Source: Paraspadella gotoi
Lineage: Eukaryota; Animalia; Chaetognatha
Length of the DNA stretch: 64,000 nt
NCBI GenBank assembly: GCA_051294375.1
Contig: CM119267.1
Coordinates: 8,594,843 to 8,658,842, forward strand
Direction: 5' to 3'
Shown: positions 11,451-26,303 of the stretch, one piece after another
Numbering within the stretch: the stretch's first letter is position 1
Layout of the letters: every line of letters begins with the position of its first letter
Position numbers and translations under genes: made by a program
Notes under the pieces: model-generated
Databases searched by the model: none
What the model was told of the DNA's origin: nothing
What the model saw: the letters and a program-made list of their open reading frames with translations, nothing else

Positions 11451-13301
11451 CAAAGACGACGACGACGCAAATGATGTCTGCCTCGGTAGTCAACTTTCCT
11501 ATTTTCCACCAAAACTCTCTAAACCCTCAGTCTAAATTCACGAATCGTTTCATCCGCTGGAACTTTGCTCATTAATTTTGTTCATCTTGTTTGTTTTTTT
11601 TTTTAATCTATATCTCTCAGACTCTCTATGCCTTTAGAAAATGGGCACAATTATGAATTTAACGTTCGTTAAAGTTTAAAGTTTAAATTAAACCTAATGG
11701 AGAACGTCTAATTAGAATAAACTGGAAGAGCTTTAGTTAAACTTGAGGCAAAACGATCCGCAAATGCTTAACCTTTACGAAAAGACGTTTTCACGAGAAA
11801 AAGAAAAAAGAAAGAGAAAGAGAGCAAAAGCTCTGGGTTTTGTGACTTTAAAATTAAAAAAAATAAAAATAAAACCGCAAAACAGTTACGATTTGCTTTT
11901 CCCTCCTCATTTTTTTTTAGGTCGCCTGCGGAAAAAAAAAACAACATAGACGTCCATTCCGGGATAATTTATAAATCGATAATGTTAAAAAAACGAGGTT
12001 GTAAAAAGGAAACAGGTTTGGGCTCATGAACCCGGCTCCGGGGGAATGACGGGCGTAAAACTCGAAAATGACGCCGTAAATTTGCGGGCGGAAAGTCGAG
12101 AGAGGCGCCCCACCGAATCGACGACCATGGCGACGGAGGTTTGGGGGATGGGGGGGGGGTGACTAGGATGGTTAGGAGAAAGGGGGAGGGGCTTCGAAGA
12201 CGAAGTCGACGAATGAAGATCGTGATGATTGACTTGAAATGGAATCGGCAACAACTATCGGCTGAAGGACTCGACATTGAATGATGTTTCTGTATGCATA
12301 CGTCGAAAATGGTGACGAAAATGACGACTACAAATGACAACAAAAACGACGACTAATGTAGGCTGGAACCACACTAATTCCACACTAATTCTACTATGAC
12401 AATTTATACAATTGCAAACTAAAAATTTACCAAAAATGACTAACGACAAAAACGAAGACGAAAAGGACGAAAAAACCGACGAGGATTTCAAACGACTTCC
12501 GTTCGAAGGAATTCGATTCCCTTTTCGGCGACGACGAATCGCGAAGGGAAAAGTAAAAAGAAAAACAGTGAAAGTGAAAAAAAAGAGAGAGAACTGTGAA
12601 AAGTCAAATTCCCGAATCTGAAGATTCAAGAGCGAAGTTGAAAAGTGAAAGGTGACGAGAAAATAGGATTAATTCATTAGGCGGGGAAAAAAAGGGGGGA
12701 AAGTACAATTTTCTAGAAAGCAGAATGATAAAAAAGTCTACGAGAGTGAAAGTCTTAACGGAGAATTTTTTTGTTGAACTTCCGGTGAGAGCTGAAAATG
12801 TCTCATTTGACAAATCATCGAAAATCAAAAAAATCTCAGAACAAAAGTAAAAAGTCGTCGAAATTCTAATAAAAATTTCAATGAAAAAGCAATGAAGTTG
12901 CTTGAGATTTTTTTTTTTAAATTTTTCTGAAAAAAAATTTTTCTTTGAAAAAAAAAACTGAAATCGTAATTCACTCTTTTTTTATTTTCAATCCTTGAAA
13001 GTTTAACCTTTCAAATTCAGTCATTGTGAAAGGACGCAATTTGCGAGAGGAAAAGAATTTCACCATTCACGCCAGGTGACGACGATCACGACGACGAGAG
13101 CGACGATGATAACGACGACGATGACGTCATGAGCTCTCAAATTTCGATTGAGTCGTAATGGATATCGTCGCACGGGACGGGGAAGGCTCTTTCTCTCTCT
13201 CTATTTCTCTCTCTCTCTTTCTTTCTTTTTCTCTCTCTCTTTCTCTCTTTCTCTCTCTCTCTTTCTTTCTTTCTCTCTTTCTCTCTTTCTCTCTTTCTCT
13301 C

Positions 13302-13338
<37 letters not shown>

Positions 13339-13691
13339 GTCCAGGGCCGCACTTTCGAAACAAAAGAAAACGACGTAGTCTCTCGACGACAGTTTGGATT
13401 TTTTTCACGACTCGGGAGTCAAGATTCTTCTCTTAGTCATCCTGCCCTTCCCCCTCCCTCTCACTTTTCTAGTGAGTACCCCCTTGCTAACATCAAGAAA
13501 AAGAATCAACATCGTCCTTTCTTCTAATACGACTTCAAAGTGTGAGTCGTGAGGTCAAAACATCACCGAATAAAACAAGGTTTTCACAGAAGTTCCCGAC
13601 TTAATAAGCTCAATGAATGATTATCTTTTTATGGGAATCAAAAAGATGGAAGCGGAAACGGATTGAGAAGAATAACTGGTCACCGGGGCCA

Positions 13692-13748
<57 letters not shown>

Positions 13749-14929
13749 CGTTTTTATGGCGCCGCAATTTGGCTCGAGTCGAATCATCACAGAAGGAAGA
13801 GTAAATCAAAGTGGAGAGAGAAATGGAGAGGGAGTCATTAGAAACGTCAAACGCTGGGCGGAGCGGAGAGGAAAGAGAGAATTGGGGTAAGTGACTCATG
13901 ATGAGGGAGGGGCGGAAAAGGTGAGTTACTCGGGAAGGTTGAGGTAACAAAAGAGTCGGAATAATGAGTCGGAAAATTGAGTTAGTCGTTACAAAAAGAG
14001 GGGGATTGGTGGAATGTTAAATACCAAAATAAATTAGTACCATCTCAAAAATAAGACAAGTTTCGTTTAGATAAACGTTTTAAACAATTCCAACACTCGC
14101 ACATAACATTTTTTTACATAACTGATAATAAAAAGTTTGAAAGCGATGGGTTATGGCCCATTTGGATAAGATTATATCCATTTTTAGTGAGACTAAATGG
14201 TTTATGTCGCTCTTGTTTCAATCGGTCGTTCGGTGAAGCACATCTTTCTCCTCTTTTTCAATTATCTTTCTCTCTTTCCCATTTTTAAAACGACGGGACA
14301 GACGGACGGACGCTGGGACCTTATTCCACGGTCATGACGCCGGAGTCTTTCTTTGTCGATTCTTTCATTTTTCTCGACCATCTCTTTTCATTTTTTTTTC
14401 TCGACGCGTAATCATTGTTAAACTTCAATTATTTTATCTTTTACACAAATCGAAACGCGTGTCCTCTTATTGATTGCTCATAGAATTAGAGACAAAAACG
14501 GCCTCGGCAAACGGAAAAAAAATTACAATTAATCTGCCCCACCCTGCCTCACAAGATTCCAACCAGTAAATTTCTTGATAAAAGTCAACAAGAAGTTCTG
14601 ATATCTATGTGTGTGTTTATGAAAAAAAAAAGGAAAACTTCTCGAAAGACACGTTTCAAAACACGGAATCTCGGCGAATCGCGCAGAAAAAAGTTTTAAA
14701 TCGTCAAAAATCCATTTTTTCTTCATAACACCGCGTCTTCCCTTTGAAGGGAGGATGAAAAATAAACAGCCGTGACCGTCGTGGCGAAGCGAGATGTTGG
14801 GGGGGGGAGGAAGGAGGAGAAGAAGGGGGGGGGAAGAAATAGAGATGATGAATGGCTGAGAGGAAGGAGGGAACAAAGAATCAAAAGGAAAGTAACGAAG
14901 ATTGAAGTGTTTGTGAAATGAAAGGAGAA

Positions 14930-15560
14930 AAGGAGAAAGGGAAGTAGGCAAGAAGGGAGGAAAGGAGAAAAAAAAAGGAAGGAAGGAAGAAATGGAAAGG
15001 AAGGAGGTGGGAAGGAAGGAAGGAAGGAATGGAAGGAAAGAGGAAGGAAGGAAGAAGAAAGAAAGGTAGGAAGATGGAAGGAAGCAAAGGAAGAGAAGGA
15101 AAGTAGGAAGATAGGAAGGAAGGAACGGAAGCGAAGGAACGGCAAGGAAGGAAGGAGATGAAAGCCGAAAGTAGAAGATGAAGGGAAGGAAGGGAGAAGG
15201 ACAGGAAGGAATAAGGAAGGGAAGAAAGAAGGAAGCGGAAGGAAGGAAGGAAGGAAGGAAGCGAAGGAAGGAAGAATGAAGCTGAGGAGGAAGGAAGGAA
15301 GGAAGGAAAGAAGGAAGAGAAAGAAAGGTAGAAGATGAAGGATAGAAAGGAAGAGAAAGGAAAGTAGGAAAGGATAGGAAGTAAGGAAGGAAGGAAGAAG
15401 AGAAGGAAAGTAGGAAGATGGAAGGAAGGAAGGAAGTAAGCGAAAGGAAGGAAGGAAGGGAAGGAAGGAAGGAAGGAAAGTGAAGGAAGAAGAAGGAAGG
15501 AAAAGAAGAAGGAAGGAAGAGAAGGAAAGGAAGGAAAGGCAGGAAGAAGAAGAAAAAAAA
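14930..15560 (+). repeat. About 600-bp near-pure purine (GGAA/GAAG)n tract; also at about 1590-2175 and as the pyrimidine strand at about 20480-21190 and 28600-29210
   Basis: Direct reading. This tract is the source of the long F/L/S/P and K/R/E pseudo-ORFs. Confidence 0.95.
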
Positions 15561-16000
15561 GATAGTTGGGAATAACGATAGAAGAAGAGACTGACTGAGA
15601 AGGAAAAAAATCTTTTTGAGGCGATCGACCTACAAAATTTCTCGTATCAAATATGGGGCGGGGGGAAGGGATGGTTTAAGACAGGTCGCATTATAAGAAA
15701 AGTTGGATTTGAATATGCCAATCGGGACTGAGGAAAATGTAGATTGACCGAGGAATAAGTGTTGGGGTAGAGGCAATGATGCCGAGTATTAGGGAAGGTT
15801 AACGTGAAGGAAGCGAAGTAATGCGAAAAAAAGGATGTTTTGGTTTGACGTAAAGAAATATTGAAATAAAAGGATACTTGAAATTGAAGAAATAGGATTA
15901 AAATGAGAGAGAGAGAGCGGTGTAAGAAAGTCATTTATACTCGGGTGGGACGGAAGTTCGTTGCCGTGATTGCCTCCATCTGTCTTTTTAACGCAGATAG

Positions 16001-16036
<36 letters not shown>

Positions 16037-16518
16037 CGAGAGAGAGGAGAGAGAGAGACGAGAGAGAGACGAGAGAGAGAGCAGGCTTCTTTCATTCTCT
16101 CGCCAATTAGTTGAAGCGTCGTTGAAACAGGATTTATTGTTCGCCTTTTTTATCTCGTTTATGCTCCGTTCACCTTCGGGCTTCCAAAGCGCGAAAGTAT
16201 TTTTTGCCTGAGCTCTCACATTTGCGATACTCGCTCTCACAACCCAGTCACAACTCTACTTCCTGAATTCACAATCTCTCTGATCCACACCCGACCACTT
16301 TCACGCCCACACGTCGTCCGAGCCGATCCCTCCTTTCGTCCAGACATTAAATTTTTTACAAATGGGCGGCGGCGGTGGAGGTGGCGCGGCGGGGCGCGGC
16401 GGCGACGGCTGGCGAGGCGGCGGCGACGGCTGGCGGCGGCGGATAAAGGGATCCTCTACCAGAAACGTCTAACCTAACCAGGAATAAGAAATACACAGTG
16501 TTAATCTTCTCTCTCTCT

Positions 16519-16606
<88 letters not shown>

Positions 16607-16701
16607 CTCATCTCCCTTCGTCTCCCTCTCTAGCTCTCTTTTTCCATCTCCTTATAAAACGTCTTAAATTTCCTTCCTGCGGCTTTTCGCAGATATCTTC
16701 T

Positions 16702-16758
<57 letters not shown>

Positions 16759-17399
16759 CTTTGAGCTAAGACATATTTCACATTTCACTACATTTTTTTT
16801 TTTCATTTTTCTTTCTTTTATTCGTCCCTCCGTTTTCACGCGACGTTCAAGGGATTCGCTCGCTCGCACGCGTTCGTCCCGTTTATATTTTTCAAAATAA
16901 AAAAAAACAAATTCTTTTTTTTGACAAGAAAAGTGCGATGAGAATTTAAATTTTGGATGTCTCGAGGAGAGAGGAGAGAGATATTCACGTTGCTCCTTGA
17001 TGAAAACCTCACGTATTAACAAATTTCACTTTTCTTACTATGAAAAAAGTTTTTTACTAAGAAAAAGGCTCTTCAGGAAAAAAAGTAATTTTGTTACTTT
17101 TCAATGATGTGTAATTTAAAAACGGAATGTCGAACGCTGGATAAAAAATATCAACTGTTAATATTTTGACGTTCGGTTTAGACGGTGGCGAAATGAGATA
17201 TTTTCGATTGGCCCCAAAAGAGAGCGCGAAAAAAAAAACATTTTGAGACAAGAAAGTAATAACGAGAAGAGGAACGCTTGTATGACCTGCTTTTGGCCCT
17301 TCTAGAACGGATATTATTCAATGTTTCTCTCAGAAAGAAACGGAATACCGCGATCATCGATCCGACGATGTAGCTAAATAGTGTTGGCCGAGATTAGTA

Positions 17400-19862
17400 A
17401 GACGCTAATAAGATAATAATTGATGATTCGTCCATCGTCCGCTAAATATCGACATTAATAACGCATCGCAATCTCTCAATTATATCGTCTCCAATAGTGA
17501 TAAACAATCTTCTTCTGCTTTCTTCTGCTATCATCTGTAGCTCTCTTTCTAGTTTTTCTCTCAGTTTTTGGTTGCTCCTCATACGTGCGTGAAAATAATC
17601 TCTTTACGTTACGGATCTCTTATTCTTCATCTCTCCTATTCTCATACATAACATTCTCTTCTTCAGCCTCTCTGCTCTACCATCTCTTTCGCTACACTTC
17701 CTTCATTCAATCTTTAACTCTAGTGATATACTTTGTCCTTCGTCATATCCATCCAATACACCTCTCAGAGCCAACCCTTGTCTTTTGCCAACTCTTCTCA
17801 AGAGCTGTTAACTGTCTGGTCTCGTACCTCAGATTCACTCTTGATTTTCGCTCTTATCGCGGAATTGCGCCCATTATCTCGCTCACACTACGGCCCTCCT
17901 GAGAGCATTGCAATCTCCTTATCTCGATCTTCCCCTGCTCGTCCCTCGCCGCCAAACCATCCCTCAATTCCTGAATAACTATCTGCCGCTAGTCGGAGTA
18001 AATAGGATGGAGGATACATGGCCGTCATAGAAGAAGGCGTTGTAAGTTCCTGGAGAGCAGAGAAGAGAGAGGTGACGTAGATGTTTGTAGCTTTTGTAGC
18101 AAAACAGACAGTTTGAGTGTGATGATATTCTTAGTGGTAGACGTGTTCAAAGTATCATACCATAGAAAAGATCGCATAGGATACTGATTCAAGGAATGAT
18201 ATCGTAAGAAATCGAGACGAATAAGAGCTGTAAGTAGTGTAGCAACACAAATTGAAGTGGATACATAAGCAAACCCACTCTTAGTCTTTCCTGTAACCGC
18301 AGAGTGGTCTCGGAGAGAGACTGAATTGTCGAATTAACAGGTGTTTAAATAGCGTATATATTATATCATACATACTTCTATATACCAAAACTTGTGTTGG
18401 AATTTACAAAATACTTCGGTCGTGCCGATCGTGGAAGAATGTAACAATCGCATCTCGAAAGGAAATATTTTTCCCGCACTACATATTATTCATGGCTATT
18501 TCTCTCCCCATATTAATCTTTTGTTCGGACTCTTCTCGATCAAGTGTATTTTTATATACTCATGATCTATATTAGTTCATCTCTCATCAGGTTATTCACG
18601 CTCATGTCTCTATGGTGAGCCTACCCGATTATATGATATCTTTGATCCGCGCATGATTGCTCACATATTCTATCGTAACTTTTCTTTAGTTCATCTGTCA
18701 TCCTCTCGCCTCTCTATCGTCTCCTGTCATACATCTCTGCGTGTGTCTCTGTTTCCTCATTGATCTGCTGGCTCTTTTAGTCCTGTGACATACATACTAC
18801 ATATCTCTACTACATCTTATCTTTCTCCTCCTCTCTCTCTCTCTCTTGTTCTCAGCTCCTCTCTCTCTCTCTCTCTACGGAATCAGTGCTCTTCTCACTG
18901 CTCGTGATACTGTCGTTGAATACTCACAGTTCTTACTTTGCAGTGCAGCACTGTCAGAGTTGCGAGAGTTCCGTCCGCAACTTTTCGATAATACTATTCA
19001 ACTCTCTCCATATTTAAATAAACAACAAAGATGACTTTTTCTTCCTTTCCTTTTCTTTCCTTTCTTTGGTTCTCCTCTTCCCTTATTTTAACGCCCCTTT
19101 TCCTCTTCTCTCCTCCACTCCTCTAACTTTGTCTATACATGAGCGTTCATCTCATTCACTTCTTTCTTATTCTCTTATATTTCCATCCATACTATTGCGT
19201 GTTTTCTTTTTCTCTCCAACATTTCCTCCACGTTTCAACTTACCAATAGCGTGAAGCAGGACTATATATAAGTATAGAACAGTCCGTTTCAGGTATATAA
19301 TGCGCTCGGGCGAAGCGAAATAGTCTCTTTTAATATTGAATATGCCACAGATTTTAGATTCTCAAATTGAAGGCTAAGTGCTCGCTTAATTGACGAAAGT
19401 ATGAATCCATGCAGTAGTTTAACGGCTCACACAACCAGGTTTCCAGCCATTCTTTACGTGAGACTCACAGATAAAATTACAGGTGGATGTGTGAAGCAGA
19501 TGTAATTTTTCTACTGGGCAAGATAGTACTTGCTGCTCAGTGTTTATAAATTATCGCTGGTTCAAGACTCCTCTATCGTCGTCGAAGGAGTATATTCAAT
19601 TTATTATCACTAATTCGACTATTTTAACCATTTATTCCTTGTTCACAAATACAGTAGTGCGAGATCAGATACCTACTCTCGAATCTCGCGGACTCACTCT
19701 CTCGTGTGTTATATGTGATATTATCATAATACATCTTCGCAGGAGCAGATGCAACCATCTTACTCTGGTGTCCTTTTTATAATCAAACCTTGCGTAGGTG
19801 CGCCAGTGAACGTTTGAAGATGTATACAGCATATGACCATGTATCTCTCTTCTATCTCCTCT
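17400..19862 (+). repeat. Highly degraded, insertion-inflated copy of about 34260-35580 (probable raw low-quality long read)
   Basis: Anchors in the same order: ccaacccttg..gccaactcttctcaa (17771 vs 34477), gagagttccgtcc..caaagatgactttt..cccttattttaacgc (18964-19094 vs 35072-35180), atcgtcgtcgaagga (19575 vs 35422). Ends at a 25-N gap. Confidence 0.75.
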
Positions 19863-20008
19863 NNNNNNNNNNNNNNNNNNNNNNNNNAGGAAGCGAGTAA
19901 GGAAAAAAAGGATGTTTGTTGACGAAGAAATATGAAACTAAAAGGGATATGAAATTGAAAAGGATTAAAATGAGAGAGAGAGANNNNNNNNNNNNNNNNN
20001 NNNNNNNN

Positions 20009-22498
20009 ATCTGCGTTAAAAAGACAGATGGAGGCAATCACGGCAACGAACTTCGCGTCCGCACCCGAGTATAATGATTTCCTTACACCGCTCTCTCTTC
20101 CTCTCATTTTAATGCCTATTTCTTCAGATTTCAAGTATCCTTTTAGTTTCAATATTTCTTTACGTCAAACCAAAACATCCTTTTTTTCGCATTACTTCGC
20201 TTCGCTTCACGTTAACCTTCGCCTAATACTCGGCATCATTGCCTTACCCCAACCTTATTCGCTCGGTCAATCTAGCATACTTTCCTCAGTCCACGATTGT
20301 GCATATTCAAATCCGAACTTTTCTTATAATGCGACCATGTCTTAAACCATCCCTTGCCCCCACGCCCCATAATGTTGGATACGAGAAATTTTTGTAGGTG
20401 CGATCGCCTCAAAAAGATTTTTTTCCTTCTCAGTCAGGTCTCTTCTTCTATCGTTATTCCCAAAGCTAATCTTTTTTTTCTTCGCTTGCTTCCTTGCCTT
20501 TCTTCCTCTGTCCTAATCTACTTGCCTTCCTTCTTCTTTTCCTTCCTTCCTTCCTTCCTTTCCTTCCTTCCTTCCTTCCCTTCGGCTTCCTTCCTTTCGG
20601 CTTCTTCGCTTCCTTCCTTCCCATCTTCCTACTTTCGCTTTCTTCTTCCTTCCTTCCGTTACTTCCTATCCTTTCCTACTTTCCTTGTCTCTTCCTTTCT
20701 ATCCTTCCAGTCTTCTACCTTTCTTTCTCTTCCTTCTTTCGCTTCCTTCCTTCGCTTCCTCCTCCCAGCTTTCATTCCTTTGCACTTCCTTCGCTTCCGT
20801 TCCTTCGCTTCCTTCGCTTCGCTTCCTTCCTTCCTTCCTTACTTCCTTCCTGTCCTTCCTCCCTTCCTTCCTTCCATCATTCCTACTTTCGGCTTATCAT
20901 CTCCTTCCTTCCTTGGCGGCGGGGTTCCTGTCGTCTTCCGCTTGCGGCTGTCTCCGTCCTACTCTCTTCTACTTTCCTTCTCTTCCCTTTCCGTTCTTCG
21001 CTTCCTACTTTCTCCTTCCTTTCCTTCTTCGCTCTTTCCTTGCCTTCCGCTCCTTTTCCTCTTCCACTTCCTTTTTCCTTCCTTCCTTCCTTCCACCTTC
21101 CTTCCCTTCTTCCTTTGTTCTTCCTTCCCTTCCTTTTTTTTTTCTCGCTTTTCCTCCCTTCCTTGCCTACCTTCCCTTTCTTCCCCTTTCTCCCTTTCAT
21201 TTCACAAACCACTTCATATCTTCGTTACTTTCTCCTTTTGATCTTTGTTCCCGCCTTCCCTCAGCCATGTCATCATCTCTTTTCTTCCCCCCCCGCCCCT
21301 TCACTTCTCTCCCTCCTTTCCTTCCCCCCCCCAAACATCCTCGCTTCGCCAACGACGGGTCACCGGCTGGGTTTATTTTTCCAAATCCTCCCTTCAAAGG
21401 GAAGACGCGTGTTTATGAAGAAAAAATGGATTTTTGACGAATTTAAAACTTTTTTCTGCGGCGGTTCGCCGAGATTCCCGTGTTTTTGAAACGTGTCTTT
21501 TCAGAGATGTTTTCCTTTTTTTTTTATAAACACACACATAAGATATTCAGAACTTCCCTTGTTGACTTTTATCCGAAAAATTTAGTGGTTGGGCTGAAAT
21601 CTTGGTGAAAAGGCAGGGTGGGAGCAGATTGAATTTAATTTTTGTTCGCGTTTGCGCGAGTGCCGGTTTTGTCCTCTAATTCTTATGAGCCCAATCAATA
21701 AGATGACACGCTGTTTCGATTTGTGTAAAAGCATAATGAATAATTGAAAGTTTAACAATGATTACGCGTCGAAAAATGAAAAGAGATTGCGACAAGAAGA
21801 CTCCGGGCGTTCATGCACGCGTGGAATAAGGTCCCCAGCGTCCGTTCCGTCCTGTCCGCGTACGCTGTTTTAAAAATGGGGAAAGAAGAGGGGAAAAGTA
21901 ATTGAAAAGAGGAAGAAGAGTGCTTCGACCGGAACGACCCGATTGGAAAGCAAGAGCGCACATAAACGCACTTTAGTTCATCACTAAAAATGGATATAAT
22001 CTTATCCAAATGGGCCATTAAACCCATCGCTTCAAAACTTTTTATTATATCAGTTATGTAAAAAAATGTTATGTGCGAGTGTTGGAATTGTTTAAAACGG
22101 TTTTATCTTGGAAGACGAAACTTAGTCTTTATTTTTGAGTAGGTACTAATTTATTTGGTATTTTAAACATTCCAGGACGAATCCCCTCTTTTTTTGTACA
22201 GACTAATTGTCGGTCCGACGAAGCCTCATTTTCCGGACTCATTATTTCGACTCTTTTTGTTAGCCTCACCTTCCCGATGTAACATCACCTTTATCCGCCC
22301 CTCCCTATCATGAGTCACTTTACCCAATTCTCTCTTCCTCTCCGCTCCGCCCAGCGTTTTGACGTTTCTAATGACTCCCTCTACCATTTCCTCTCTCCAC
22401 TATTGATTTACTCTTGCCTTCTGGTGATGATTCGAACTGCGAGCCAAATTGGCGGCGCCATAAAAACGAGGTCTCGTCTTCTCTCTCTCGTCTCTCCT

Positions 22499-22565
<67 letters not shown>

Positions 22566-25500
22566 TCTCTCTCTGTCTCACAGACTGGCCCCGGTGACAG
22601 CAGTTATCCTTCTCAATCCGTTTTCCGCTTCCACTTTCTGATTCCATTAAAAAAGATAATCATATTCATTAGCTTATTAAGTCTGGGAAAGCTTCTGTTG
22701 AAAACGGTGTTTTAATTCGTGATGTTTTGACTGCACGTCTCACACCTTTGAAGTCGATTAGAAGAAAGGACCCGATAGTGATTCTTTTTTCTTGATGTTA
22801 GCAAGGGGGTACCTGCAGCTAGAAAAGTGAGAGGGAGGGGGAACAGGGCAAGGATGACAAGAGAAATGAATCTTGACCTCCCCGACGTGAAAAATCAAAA
22901 CTGTCGTCGAGAGACTTACGTCGTTTTCCCTTTGTTTCGAACGTGCGCGCCCCTGGACAGAGAGAGAGAGAAGAGAAGAGAGAAAGAAAGAAGAAGAAAG
23001 AAAGGAGAGGAAAGAGAGAAAGAAAAAAGAGAGAGAGAGAAAGAGAGAAAGAGAGAGAGGAAGAAAAAGAAGAAAGAGAGAGGAGAGAAATAGAGAGAGA
23101 GAAGATCCTTCCCGTCCCGTGCGACGATATCCATTACGACTCAATCGAAATTTGAAGAGCTCATGACGTCATCGTCGTCGTTATCATGCGTCGCTCTCGT
23201 CGTCCGTGATCGTCGTCACCTGGCGTGAATGGTGAAATTCTTTTCCTCTCGCAAATTGCGGTCCTTTCACAATGACTGAATTTGAAAGGTTAAACTTTCA
23301 AGGATTGAAAAATAAAAAAAGAGTGAATTACGATTTCAGTTTTTTTTTTCAAAGAAAAATTTTTTTTCAGAAAAATAAAAAAAAAATCTCAAGCAACTTC
23401 ATCTGCTTTTTTCATTGAAATTTTATTATAGAATTTCGACGGACTTTTTACGTTTTGTTTGCGAGATTTTTTTGATTTTCGATGATTTTGTCAAATGAGA
23501 CATTTTTCAGCTCTCACCGGAGTTCAACAAAAAAATTCTCCGTTAAGACTTTTCACTCGTGGTAGACTTTTTTTTCGATTCTGGCTTTCTAGAAAATTGT
23601 ATTTTCCCCTTTTTTTCCCCGCCTAATGAATTAATCCTATTTTCTCGTCACCTTTCACTTTTCAACGTCGCTCTTGAATCTTCAGATTGCGGGAATTTGA
23701 CTTTTCAGCAGTTCTCTCTCTTTTTTTCACTTTACACGTTTTCTTTTAACTTCCCGCTCTCGCGATTCGTCGTCGCCGAAAAGGGAATCGAATTCCTTCG
23801 AACGGAAGTCGGTTTGAAATCCTCGTCGGTTTTTTCGTCCTTTTTCGTCTTCGTTTTTGTCGTTAGTGACATTTTTGGTAAATTTTTAGTTGCAATTGTA
23901 TAATTGTCATAGTAGAATTAGTGTGGAATTTAGTGTGGTTCCAGCCTACATTAGTCGTACGTTTTTTTGTTGTCTATTTGTTGTTCGTCAATTTTCGTCA
24001 CCATTTTCCGACGTATGCATACAGAAACATCATTCAATTCGAGTCCTTCAGCCGATAAGTTTGTTGGCCCGATTCCATTTCAGTCATCATCAACGATCTT
24101 CATTCGTCGACTTCGTCTTCGAAAAGCCCGCTCCGCCCTTTCTCCTAACCATACCTAGTGCACGCCCCCCGGCCAGTCGCAAAACCATTACCGTCGCCAT
24201 TGGTCGTCGATTCGGTGGGAGCGCCATCTCTCGACGTTTCCGCGGCCGCAAATTATACGTGGCGTCATTTTTCAGTTTTACGCCGTCGATTCCCCCGGAG
24301 CCGGGTTTTCATGAGAGGCCAAACCTTTTCCTTTTTAGGCGAACCTGGCGGTTTTTTTAACATTGATCGATTTATATTAATCCGGAATGGACGTGCTATG
24401 TTTGTTTTTTTTTTTCCGGCAGGCGACCTAAAAAAAAAATGAGGAGGGAAAAAGGCAAATCGTAACTGTTTTGCGGTTTTATTTTATTTATTTTTAATTT
24501 TAAAAGTCACTAAAACCCAGAGCTTTTGAGCTCGTCGTTTCTCTTTCTTTTTTCTTTCCTCGTGAAAAACAGGTCTTTTCGTAAAAGGTTAAGCATTTGC
24601 GGATCGTTTTTGCCCATCAAGTTTAACTAAAGCTCATTCCAGTTTATTCTAAATTAGACGTTCTCCATTAGGTTTTAAATTTAAACTTAAAACTTTAACG
24701 AACGTTTAGAATTGCAATAATTGTGCGCGCATTTCTAAAGGCATAGTAGAGGTCTGAGAGAATATAGATTAAAAAAAAAAAACAAACAAGAATGAACAAA
24801 ATTAATGAGCAAAGTGTCCAGCGGATGAAACGATTCGTGAATTTAGGACTGAAGGGATTAGAGAGTTTGGTGGAAATAGAAAGTTGACTACCGAGGCAGA
24901 CATTCATTTGCGTCGATCGGTGCGTGCTTTGTCGGGGGTGGACGGGTTTGTCGGATAGACGGGGAGAGGGGAGACGGGGGAGAGCGGGTAGTCGGGTAGT
25001 TCGGTAGACAGGGGTAGTCGGGTAGTCGGGTAGACCGGGTTAGTCGGTAGACGGGTAGTCGGGTAGTGAGGGTAGACGGGTATTAGTCGGGTAGTCGGGT
25101 AGACGGGTGACGCAGTCGTGTTAACCGTAGTCGTCGCTGTTGTGGTCACCGTCGTCAACAAGCTGTGTCGAACGCTGTAATCAAAGGGAGGCGGCGGTGA
25201 TTCGTCGTTAAAGTGTTACTTCATATTCGTGCATCCGGCGTCACTGTTGCCTCGAGGGATCAAACGCTGAAATCGTAGTAAAAAGTTCTAAATTTTAACT
25301 TTAATTTAAAATGTCTAAAAGGTGAGGAACGAACTAACATTATTACGAATGAGAAAATGTATGTATAAAAAAATTTTAGTAATAAAGTTTTAAAAATTAC
25401 AGGCAGTAGGCCCATATTTAATACTGGTAATAAAATTTAAAATAGTTTTTTGTAATAAAGATTTTTTGTTGTTGCAGATTTGGATTCGTCATGAAAAGTA

Positions 25501-26262
25501 TGTTAGCATGAAGAAATATAACTCTGTTTTTTAAAATAATCAACGCTGACCAATGACGAAGACAAACGTCTGGCGTCATCCATCGCTGTCGTCGTCGCGG
25601 ACGTCATTACGATGTGGATCGTGACACTGTCGTCGTCGTCGTCGTCGTCGTTACTGTCGTCGCAACGGGGTCGAACGCTTTTTGGCGGGCCATTTTTTAG
25701 CGAGTCTTTCGTTTTTTTCGCTCGATTCCTGAGGCAGAGAAATGCGATTCTCGTAGGGACTTTCGAACCTTTTGGTGGGGCGGGGGGTGGGTAGTAAGGC
25801 ATAGTAAAATTTTTCTAAATTTAACTTTAATTAAAATTCTAAAAAGTGAGGAATGAACAGACATTATACTAGATAAGCATTTATGTAATAAAAAAAATTT
25901 ATAATAAATTTTACAATTTACTGCAGTAGGTCGCATATTTATACCTAGTACTAATCCAGATAAATGATGTAAATTTCAAACAGTTTTTTATAAAAATTTT
26001 TTTGCAAGATTTGGATTCGTCATAAAAAGTTGATAAAAGAAATATAACTCTGTTTTGAAAAAATCCCTTCATTAAGTGGCGTCAAGAAATTAGAAAAAGG
26101 GCTATAGTTATTAAGCTGAAATTAACTTTTTTATATATTAAATGTAGTTTTTTTTTAATTTTTAAACGCGCACTTAAATGAAAGAATTGTTTAAGAAATG
26201 ATTTATATTTTCTTTTATCACTTTTGACGAGGAATTACAAATCTGCAAATCCAAAATTAGAG

Positions 26263-26265
<3 letters not shown>
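20009..26265 (-). repeat. Block A inverted copy (reverse complement of about 10335-16000)
   Basis: atctgcgttaaaaagacagatggaggcaatcacggc at 20009 is the reverse complement of about 15963-15998. cacttttgacgaggaatt at about 26220 is the reverse complement of about 10362-10379. Many single-base insertions. Confidence 0.9.

Positions 26266-26299
<34 letters not shown>

Positions 26300-26303
<4 letters not shown>

Larger units (their letters stand above)
10335..17300 (+). repeat. Block A reference copy (cleanest copy)
   Basis: Matches 1-3548 (+), 19888-19983 (+), 20009-26265 (-), 26300-26624 (+), 26650-30786 (-) and 33280-33960 (-). Confidence 0.9.

Noticed and set aside
14362-14406. Short tandem duplication unique to the reference A copy
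   Set aside because: It is absent from the other three copies and is probably a stitching artefact.
16237-16347. Minus-strand ATG TCT GGA CGA (MSGR), a histone-like start
   Set aside because: It continues KEGSARTTCG and stops after 36 codons, with no histone fold.
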